A stretch of DNA of 33,288 nucleotides from positions 5,022-38,309 of the forward strand of contig CAZWYZ010000002.1 in assembly GCA_964638785.1 (NCBI GenBank), given 5' to 3'. This document shows positions 6,388 to 12,684 of this stretch, in pieces. Every line of letters starts with the position of its first letter. The stretch's first letter is position 1. The notes beneath the pieces are model-generated. The model was not told the origin of the DNA. It worked only from the letters and a program-made list of their open reading frames with translations, and searched no databases. A program made the translations under genes and the position numbers. The DNA comes from an uncultured Pseudomonadales bacterium. GTDB taxonomy: Bacteria > Patescibacteriota > Microgenomatia > UBA1400 > UBA12028.

Positions 6388-7317
6388 ATGGATAAAGACA
6401 TGCAAGGTGTGGAATTTCCTTCAGAAGCACATCGAAATCTCTCCGATCATTTAGATGAAATAGAAGTTCATGAAGAGAATCTTCAAGAAGTACAAGAATT
6501 GACTGATCTTTTTTTTGACCAGTTAATTGAAGTTAGTTACACTGAGTCAAACACAAGAAGTGGGACGATTGCCTGGGATCAAGATAAATTGGATATGGTT
6601 GAGTATCTAGCGAATATAGCTGGTGAAGTTTGGGAAATAGGTGGGCCAACTGAAGAATATACCATGATTGATCAGGCTCGAATTAAGAACACGTTTAGAG
6701 TAGTGAATATTCCACCAGCACCTGGACTCAATACATATAGAGAAATTCCAACACAGGTTTCTGTCCTTGCTGATGGTTCTCAATTGCCCATTGGCGATAA
6801 GATTTTAGCAGGTCTACTAATAAGTAATTTCAGCGGAGAGAGAAATGCACTAATACAAGAGGTGTCTAGAGTCTTAAAAACAGATGGCCTCCTTGTTTGG
6901 CAAGGTGGGAAGCCAGAGGATTTAGCCATGATGTTGACGAAGGGATTTGTCCTACAGTCTTTCAAGCTGACTATAGTCGATCAAAGTGAAAAGCCAGACT
7001 CAAAAAAAACAGGTCAACAGTTGGTATGGTCTGGAGTTTTTAAAAAGACAGACAAAGAAATTTCCAGTTCAGACGTTGTCCCACTGTTCGTAAACATTAT
7101 AAAGAATTCAAAAAAGGAAGAAATCGCTTTCGAAATTCCTAACTTTGATCCCAGTACGGGACGATCTCTAACAACTGATGCTGAAAGGGTAGAGGTAATT
7201 AAAAATTTGTATTGGACCATTGGGGTGAAAGTCCCTGATGAAGATGCAGATGGTAAGTTGCTTACTCCAGAAGAAAAGATGAAGTATTTAAAGGAAAAGT
7301 ATTCCACATCTACATAA
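6388..7317 (+). CDS. hypothetical protein with a possible class I methyltransferase-like core, cassette 10
   Basis: VWEIGGP ... LPIGDKILAGLLISN ... LIQEVSRVLKTDGLLVWQGG resembles SAM-MTase motifs I, II and post-III; the match is weak. Confidence 0.4.
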   Translation: MDKDMQGVEFPSEAHRNLSDHLDEIEVHEENLQEVQELTDLFFDQLIEVSYTESNTRSGTIAWDQDKLDMVEYLANIAGEVWEIGGPTEEYTMIDQARIKNTFRVVNIPPAPGLNTYREIPTQVSVLADGSQLPIGDKILAGLLISNFSGERNALIQEVSRVLKTDGLLVWQGGKPEDLAMMLTKGFVLQSFKLTIVDQSEKPDSKKTGQQLVWSGVFKKTDKEISSSDVVPLFVNIIKNSKKEEIAFEIPNFDPSTGRSLTTDAERVEVIKNLYWTIGVKVPDEDADGKLLTPEEKMKYLKEKYSTST

Positions 7318-7332
7318 TTTAATCATTGCTGA

Positions 7333-7515
7333 GTGGAGGGGGAGGTTCCCGCTGCTGTATTGTTTATGGTTGTCAAAGATGGAGCAGAGATTCGCGTCAT
7401 CCCTGAGTGGGAAGTAAGCTACTGGCAAGCTTTCTATAGCGCCCCAGATACAGTTACATCAGTAGCTTTAAAAGATTTTTATAAAAAAGCGAACACTCAA
7501 AAAAACAAGTTCTAA
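7333..7515 (+). CDS. small hypothetical ORF (60 aa, GTG start); doubtful
   Basis: Only ORF-level evidence. It is preceded by a GGAGGG-rich stretch and has no -10/ATG layout. Its stop TAA lies inside the J10 remnant. Confidence 0.2.
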   Translation: MEGEVPAAVLFMVVKDGAEIRVIPEWEVSYWQAFYSAPDTVTSVALKDFYKKANTQKNKF

Positions 7516-7538
7516 TTTCTGCTCCTGAGCCCAGAAAC
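7509..7538 (+). repeat. Junction J10: degenerate copy of the genuine tRNA-Trp 3' end (tRNA-type, not cassette-type)
   Basis: GTTCTAAT-ttctgc-TCCTGAGCCCAGAAAC compares with the tRNA GTTCGAATCCTGGTAGCCCTGCAAAC. It matches the tRNA version (TCCTG..AGCCC..AAAC) better than the cassette consensus. Confidence 0.5.
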
Positions 7539-7547
7539 CACTTTTGA

Positions 7548-7553
7548 TAAAAT
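7548..7553 (+). promoter_or_regulatory. -10 hexamer TAAAAT with TG extension, 6 nt upstream of ATG 7560
   Basis: tTGaTAAAAT followed by atccaa and ATG. Confidence 0.45.
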
Positions 7554-7559
7554 ATCCAA

Positions 7560-7904
7560 ATGTTTAATGAACAAAGACCTCGATTGATTGTTGATGGACA
7601 CCTAGAAGAAATACTTGGGACGTGTTCCGATGAAGCAGAGAAAACTTTTAGGAATAGATGGGGTCAAGATACAAATCCTCGTATTGTTCAGATGGTTCAT
7701 CAAGGACAGCCCATCGATCACTGGTACTACAGATCTGATCAGTGGATTTCGCAGCCATATGCTTGGCCTGCAATCTTTCTCCAACCGTACGTGGGTTCCA
7801 CCACTGAAATTGGAGCGATTAAATATGGTGAGAGGAGTTACATTTATGGCGATAATGAAAAATTGTCAACAGAAATTCTAATAGAAGAATTAAGATCAAA
7901 GTAG
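7560..7904 (+). CDS. hypothetical protein, cassette 11 (paralog of 1006..1344)
   Basis: Contains the blocks NRWGQDTNPRIVQM, DHWYYRSDQW and QPY. The stop TAG lies in J11. Confidence 0.65.
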   Translation: MFNEQRPRLIVDGHLEEILGTCSDEAEKTFRNRWGQDTNPRIVQMVHQGQPIDHWYYRSDQWISQPYAWPAIFLQPYVGSTTEIGAIKYGERSYIYGDNEKLSTEILIEELRSK

Positions 7905-7935
7905 GAAAGCACATCTTTCACGAGTCCCTGTAAAT
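7903..7935 (+). repeat. Junction J11 (left box, 5' third degenerate)
   Basis: AGGAAAGCACATCTTTCACGAGTCCCTGTAAAT, followed by GGATCATCCACGAGTGG, which resembles the J3/J4 centre. Confidence 0.65.
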
Positions 7936-7986
7936 GGATCATCCACGAGTGGTAAAAGAGAACAGAATGAAAATACGAGTCTACGA

Positions 7987-7992
7987 TATAAT
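7987..7992 (+). promoter_or_regulatory. -10 hexamer TATAAT, 6 nt upstream of ATG 7999
   Basis: TATAAT followed by cagtgg and ATG. Confidence 0.5.
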
Positions 7993-7998
7993 CAGTGG

Positions 7999-8688
7999 AT
8001 GGAAATAAATACATCTCTTCTATCAGATCCGTTCTATAAGAAGTCAGAATCAGAAAATAACGGTTTAGCGCTCATTGATAACTCAGTCCTGTCGATCTAT
8101 TGCCCAGGTATCAGTACAGGAGGGTTTGCAGAGATTAGTATGGCACTTGCTGAGCCACGAAGGCGAATTGTGGCAACAACCTTAGATGAAAAAGGGATTT
8201 TAGAAACGCAGAAATTGTTGGAAAAGTATACGGTTCAGTCACAGATTACTCTAAAAATTGAGGATGTGTCAAAACCACTCCCATATGAGAACGAGTACTT
8301 CGATTTCATCTACGCTCGTTTAGTCTTACACTATTTAGCAAATACTGAGTTACAAAATGCTCTTCAGGAACTGTACAGAATTTTAAAAACAGGGAATACG
8401 CTATTTGTTGTTGTTCGATCATTTGATTGGGAAAGCGAAGTCCCCGAAAGCACTCATGATGTTGAAACAGGAATGACCAGTTACCCGGAATATGATGATG
8501 CGGGGAAGGTACGTAAGTATGTTTCTCGTAATTTGCACTCGGAAGAAACTATAAAGGATCATTTGGTTAAAGCAGGATTCAAAATAAAATCACTTAGAAC
8601 ATTTGAAGAGACAATCTACGGAGGTTACCTTCGCATCAGACCAAATGAGAAGCCATCATCTCTCATTGAGGTGGTAGCTGAAAAATAG
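7999..8688 (+). CDS. class I SAM-dependent methyltransferase, cassette 12
   Basis: Rossmann-type motifs: IYCPGISTGG, an acidic residue after beta2, FDFIYARLVLHYL, and LQELYRILKTGNTLFVVV. The stop TAG lies in J12. Confidence 0.75.
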   Translation: MEINTSLLSDPFYKKSESENNGLALIDNSVLSIYCPGISTGGFAEISMALAEPRRRIVATTLDEKGILETQKLLEKYTVQSQITLKIEDVSKPLPYENEYFDFIYARLVLHYLANTELQNALQELYRILKTGNTLFVVVRSFDWESEVPESTHDVETGMTSYPEYDDAGKVRKYVSRNLHSEETIKDHLVKAGFKIKSLRTFEETIYGGYLRIRPNEKPSSLIEVVAEK

Positions 8689-8715
8689 ATCGTGACAACC
8701 CTCACCAGCACCTGC
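8687..8715 (+). repeat. Junction J12 (most degenerate left box)
   Basis: AGATCGTGACAACCCTCACCAGCACCTGC keeps the spacing and about half the consensus positions. It is followed by AGTTTGATATACTTTGAA, which is identical to the block upstream of cassette 2. Confidence 0.45.
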
Positions 8716-8733
8716 TTATTCAAATCAGTTTGA

Positions 8734-8739
8734 TATACT
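8734..8739 (+). promoter_or_regulatory. -10 hexamer TATACT, 6 nt upstream of ATG 8746
   Basis: tTGaTATACT followed by ttgaaa and ATG. Confidence 0.5.
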
Positions 8740-8745
8740 TTGAAA

Positions 8746-9327
8746 ATGCCATCAATCTATCTTCTTCGACACTGTGAATACGAAAACCCACGAAATATTT
8801 TGCCGGGACGATTACCACTAGAGTTATCTGAATCCGGAAAAATTCGAGCAGGACAACTTGCCAGTACTTTTGAAGGAAAGAATATTTCGCGTATCTACAG
8901 CAGTGCTGTCGAGCGATGCAAACAGACAGCAGAGATAGTATCAAAAGGAACTATCCCTGTGCTATACGATCAAAGACTATTGGAAACACTTTCTGCATAC
9001 CAGGGATTCTGGGGGGAAAATAAAACGGAGGATGGATTTCATTTCTTTATTCATCGATCAGAATTGGGGGGAGAAAGTTTGGTGGATATTCAGGTCAGGA
9101 TGAAATCTTTTTGGGAGGAAATTACTCAAGAACTAAAAGATAATATCATTATCTGCAGTCATGGTGATCCATTGCAGGTATTGTATTCAACAATTCATGG
9201 GATGAACTTGGTCGATGATAATGACATTGAAGAAAATATTCCAGGTTGGCTTGAAAAGGGTGAGTTTTTTGAAATCTCCTGGCATGAAGGAAAAATTGTT
9301 TCGACCTCTTCGCCTAAAACGGCATAA
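8746..9327 (+). CDS. histidine phosphatase family protein, cassette 13
   Basis: IYLLRHCE (RHG-type motif) and ICSHGDPL. Start moved from the TTG at 8740 to the ATG at 8746 to fit the -10 layout. Confidence 0.7.
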   Translation: MPSIYLLRHCEYENPRNILPGRLPLELSESGKIRAGQLASTFEGKNISRIYSSAVERCKQTAEIVSKGTIPVLYDQRLLETLSAYQGFWGENKTEDGFHFFIHRSELGGESLVDIQVRMKSFWEEITQELKDNIIICSHGDPLQVLYSTIHGMNLVDDNDIEENIPGWLEKGEFFEISWHEGKIVSTSSPKTA

Positions 9328-9347
9328 AACCGACTACATACACGAAT

Positions 9348-9971
9348 CTACTGCTCTGGTTTTTCATCAGTCTCAGCATCCTGAATATCCAAATGTTTCC
9401 GACAAAAGTCTAGATATACTTTCTTATTTTCTCCCGGCAGAATGCGAAGGTCATAGCTGCTTTGGGAGACGAGCACGATTGCATTTTGTTTTAGACCTTC
9501 GATCAAGGCATCTACACGCACTGTATAGACAACAGGATCTCTTCTCGGTGTTAGTTTCAGGAAGTTAATAACCTCGGGTCTTGCAAGGGATCCATTCGCC
9601 CCTCCATCGAGCACGAAGGTCGATAATTCATGAGGTGAATAGTCTGAACTAATGCTCATACCCATATTTTCTTGCCAGGTATTCCGTGTTCCACCTCTAT
9701 ACCATGTTAAATCTGGTTTGAGTTCGTTGAGCTTTGTTAAGATATCTATCTGGCCATTTTCGAGATGCCGCATCTCACTCACCACGCCGTCAATGTGATA
9801 ATGTCGCTGTATTGCGTAGAGCAGCCATTTTTCCGCTCCATTCTTCTGTGCGTAGGAAAGTGCATACTCTTTCAACTGATCTACGAGGTTTTCATACTCT
9901 TCCTCTGAAACTTCGAACCTGCTTGGTGTAGATTCCTGCCTGCTCATGTCTGTCGTTTGATTCTCCGGCAT
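9348..9971 (-). CDS. hypothetical protein (207 aa), possibly the last, inverted cassette
   Basis: Long ORF, low GC like the array, with the leaderless -10 layout. No family recognised. Confidence 0.55.
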   Translation of the reverse strand: MPENQTTDMSRQESTPSRFEVSEEEYENLVDQLKEYALSYAQKNGAEKWLLYAIQRHYHIDGVVSEMRHLENGQIDILTKLNELKPDLTWYRGGTRNTWQENMGMSISSDYSPHELSTFVLDGGANGSLARPEVINFLKLTPRRDPVVYTVRVDALIEGLKQNAIVLVSQSSYDLRILPGENKKVYLDFCRKHLDIQDAETDEKPEQ

Positions 9972-9977
9972 AGTTAC

Positions 9978-9983
9978 AGTGTA
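9978..9983 (-). promoter_or_regulatory. -10 hexamer TACACT (minus strand), 6 nt upstream of ATG 9971
   Basis: The minus strand reads TACACT, gtaact, ATG. Confidence 0.4.
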
Positions 9984-10088
9984 TCAGATCTTTTTGAACA
10001 TGATTGATCAGGACAATATGTGTAAAATTAAGCTGACTAATACGCATATTTGCAGGGTGAGTCCTAGGATATAAAAAGGCCTATAATA

Positions 10089-10117
10089 TTGACAAAAGAG
10101 CCTCGTTTTGGTATACT
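10089..10117 (+). promoter_or_regulatory. near-consensus sigma70-type promoter TTGACA-17-TATACT
   Basis: TTGACA at 10089-10094, a 17-nt spacer ending in TGG, and TATACT at 10112-10117. It lies about 60 nt upstream of ATG 10177. The leader contains the small hairpin AGGAG-tttcg-CTCCT (10139-10153). Confidence 0.6.
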
Positions 10118-10176
10118 TTCCCACGCTCTTCAATCTCGAGGAGTTTCGCTCCTTAACACCTTTTTGAGGGACAGAA

Positions 10177-10620
10177 ATGTCAACACAAGCGTTTTTCACG
10201 TCTCGTTGGTCTCGCCAGATGCGTTTCGAAATGTTGCCCACTTGGGCTAAGAAGCAGCTTGAAATACAGTTGCGTGAGGATTCAGGCACTCTGTATGACA
10301 ATACAGACCAATATTGCTTGAAGTTCGGGGCTCAGAAATACGTCATTCCTATGTTCGCCTGCGAATCAATAATTGATTCAGAGGGAGTGCATGTGGGATA
10401 CGATACGCAGGTTCAACTCATCGTCATTGATGGTGGGAAGACCTACTGGCTGTATGCGTCGAACGAAGAATTGATCACGTCGTACTACTTCTCGCGAAGT
10501 GGAAAAACACTGATCGTTCATCTCTTCGACTGGATTGAAAAAGAATCACGGACAGTGGTTCTAGATGCCGATGGGAATACATGCAATGCGCCGAGAATGC
10601 GCAGATACAGCGCTCGCTAG
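10177..10620 (+). CDS. hypothetical protein (147 aa)
   Basis: ORF downstream of the strong promoter, with a GAGGGA SD-like element 5 nt upstream. No family recognised. Confidence 0.5.
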   Translation: MSTQAFFTSRWSRQMRFEMLPTWAKKQLEIQLREDSGTLYDNTDQYCLKFGAQKYVIPMFACESIIDSEGVHVGYDTQVQLIVIDGGKTYWLYASNEELITSYYFSRSGKTLIVHLFDWIEKESRTVVLDADGNTCNAPRMRRYSAR

Positions 10621-10761
10621 AAGCAGAAGCCTGTTTATGACTGATGTTGTCTTGTTGAAATAGCCTCTCAAAATTGTAACCAACGCAAGTTGGTAGTGTA
10701 AGGTAAATGTTATGCGATCCAGATTCGTCTGTGAACACAGTACTTTAAATGCGAAAAAATA

Positions 10762-10800
10762 AGCCCTCGGCGTCACACAATGACACGGGGGCTTTTCTCT
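10762..10800 (+). terminator. putative intrinsic terminator
   Basis: Imperfect GC-rich hairpin AGCCCTCGGCGTCA-cacaa-TGACACGGGGGCT followed by TTTTCTCTT. Confidence 0.45.
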
Positions 10801-10900
10801 TGATCGAAGAAACGGAACAATTTCTCTACTATTTTCTTTCTTTCCCAATTCTTATCGATTCACTATAAACTCACCGCTTCGTTTATGAGAGAATAATGGC

Positions 10901-11593
10901 ATGCACACTCAACCAACGAATCGCGTCAGTCTCTTTATTGTCATCATTGGTCTTCTCATCATCGGTGCAGCCGCAACCAGAGCATTTTTCTCGTGGCAAG
11001 AAAACGCTACTCGACCGGGAACGCAGGCGCCAGCACAACCCACACCTGATGAAGGAGTTGCGTGTACGATGGATGCGCGCATCTGTCCTGATGGGAGTGC
11101 CGTCGGACGAAGTGGCCCCAACTGTGAGTTTGATCCGTGTCCAAGTGAAGGTGATTTTGAATCCCAAGGTGATCAAGCTGGATGGGTGACACATACTGTT
11201 CCAGCACTCAAACTCACCTTTAAAGCTCCTCCTACAATAGAAGTAACATCTGATGTGCAAAACAATGACAAGGGTGAGCTATCGACGGTGACACTGTATA
11301 TCCAAAAAGGGACGGGCTCGACGCAAACGTACTATCAACTCTACGGAATCTACCAAACAGGTATCCCGTATACAGCCCAAACACTGCAAGCACATACTGA
11401 AGAGCTGCAGCCAGGGTCCACAGAGACGACCGTTTCTGGATATCCAGCAGTTGAGGGTCAGATCAAAGGTCAACGCAATCGATTCGTAACGTATATCTTC
11501 ACAGAGCAGGGAAGACTCAGTTTGTTTACATCTGAACCCACAGAGGAAAATCGGAAACTATCAGAGCAGATCATCTCCACATTTACATTCTAA
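10901..11593 (+). CDS. membrane-anchored/secreted hypothetical protein with a Cys-rich CPDGS...GPNCEF..CP motif
   Basis: N-terminal TM segment VSLFIVIIGLLIIGAAA, a Pro/Thr/Gln linker, and the four-Cys motif CTMDARICPDGSAVGRSGPNCEFDPCP. Confidence 0.6.
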   Translation: MHTQPTNRVSLFIVIIGLLIIGAAATRAFFSWQENATRPGTQAPAQPTPDEGVACTMDARICPDGSAVGRSGPNCEFDPCPSEGDFESQGDQAGWVTHTVPALKLTFKAPPTIEVTSDVQNNDKGELSTVTLYIQKGTGSTQTYYQLYGIYQTGIPYTAQTLQAHTEELQPGSTETTVSGYPAVEGQIKGQRNRFVTYIFTEQGRLSLFTSEPTEENRKLSEQIISTFTF

Positions 11594-11658
11594 AGACCCA
11601 GATATTCTCGATGCTCCTGTGAATTGCCTTTTTCCCTCTGATTTGAGATAGTGAGCAG

Positions 11659-12684
11659 ATGGAAAATACGCAAGCAAACTTTTCAAGACTGTTCCCCTCG
11701 AACACAGCTATTCTCATTATTGTGCTGTTTTTTATTGCCCTGGCTGGGTCGTGGTATTTTTACACACAACAAACAGCGCTTGAAATGCCCAAGCAAGAGA
11801 TCGCAATTACTCAAACACAACCAACGCCAACTCCACAAGCAAGTAGTGAGCCAACAGCAGTCCCAATTGCAAAAATAAGTCAGGGTACAAACGGAAGCAC
11901 TACGCTCATCGTCGAGCCCAATCCTGGAACAACATACAAAAAATTCTCTCTGACAATCCCAAAAAATTGGATCGTCGGTGAAGACCAACCTGACGCTCGG
12001 CTCACCCTCTCAAGTGGGGACTACAAAATAAAAATATCGCAAGTCAAAACAGATGGTGGACTCTGTGTTTTTCCGGACACAAATGGCAGCGAGATTCCAG
12101 CCGGTTCTCAAAATGTGCCAGAACAGAAATATACCCAATTACAATTCAAGCAGGGTAAGTTCCGCCGAGTCCCACTTCAAAACATGCAATCCGATGATTC
12201 AACACAGCTGTATAAAGTGTGTGAAAATACAGAAGCAGTCGGAGGTATCTATAAGCTGCCCGCAGGTGCCGGAGCGATTCAATATAGTGTACCTGCCACG
12301 GCATCAGCCACACTACTTCAATCAATGGATAGAATTCTGGCAACAATCAACTACTGTGATGTGATTGCCTGTCCGGAGGTGGTAAGTACCACGACTGATG
12401 AAAGAATGACCGGAATGATTACGGAGGCAGACACAAGCTGCTTTGCAGATGGTATTTGCAAGATTAAGCTCAATGAGATGTGGGTGATTTTGGAAACGGG
12501 TGGACGGATGGTGATGAACCCACCTCAACAGAGTGGAATCCTTTTATCCGAAGATGGCATCACACCTACTTCAATTGGAGATATGAGTGTTGGAAAAATG
12601 GTGGAAGTATTTGCGGGTCGAGTCGATAGTTCAACGCTCACACTAGCAGGGAAGAAAGAGTACTACGTCAAACTGTTGAAGTAA
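11659..12684 (+). CDS. membrane-anchored/secreted hypothetical protein (341 aa)
   Basis: N-terminal TM segment AILIIVLFFIALAGSWYF and a Thr/Pro/Gln-rich linker. No family recognised. Confidence 0.6.
   Translation: MENTQANFSRLFPSNTAILIIVLFFIALAGSWYFYTQQTALEMPKQEIAITQTQPTPTPQASSEPTAVPIAKISQGTNGSTTLIVEPNPGTTYKKFSLTIPKNWIVGEDQPDARLTLSSGDYKIKISQVKTDGGLCVFPDTNGSEIPAGSQNVPEQKYTQLQFKQGKFRRVPLQNMQSDDSTQLYKVCENTEAVGGIYKLPAGAGAIQYSVPATASATLLQSMDRILATINYCDVIACPEVVSTTTDERMTGMITEADTSCFADGICKIKLNEMWVILETGGRMVMNPPQQSGILLSEDGITPTSIGDMSVGKMVEVFAGRVDSSTLTLAGKKEYYVKLLK

Noticed and set aside
5689-6405. Full 238-aa version of the minus-strand ORF (start at 6405).
   Set aside because: The N-terminal 48 codons read through the J9 repeat and the promoter of the next cassette. 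The CYTH homology and the TATACT-6-ATG layout begin at M49 (6261).
7341-7350. GGAGGTTCCC, 24 nt after the stop of 6388..7317, as a further left-box copy that would make 7333..7515 its own mini-cassette.
   Set aside because: Only 8 nt (GGAGGTTC) match the J8 variant, and the rest of the box is absent. This is too short to distinguish from chance.
875-8715. Canonical integron attC sites (R'' RYYYAAC ... R' GTTRRRY).
   Set aside because: The boxes (AGGTTCGAAC ... GCTCGAACCTAA) contain the palindrome GTTCGAAC but do not match the canonical core and inverse-core consensus in either orientation. I therefore call the system integron-like only and do not annotate attC.
259-9330. Regularly spaced direct repeats could suggest a CRISPR array.
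   Set aside because: The repeats are 390-1220 bp apart and the intervals are full protein-coding genes with their own promoters. Repeat length (33-108 nt) and variability do not fit CRISPR, and there are no cas genes.
10883-11260. Overlapping alternative ORFs (minus 125 aa, plus 97 aa, minus 70 aa) at the start of the 10901 gene.
   Set aside because: The 10901..11593 frame gives a coherent signal-anchor, linker and Cys-motif protein. The alternative frames are Arg/Cys-rich, which is typical of off-frame translation.
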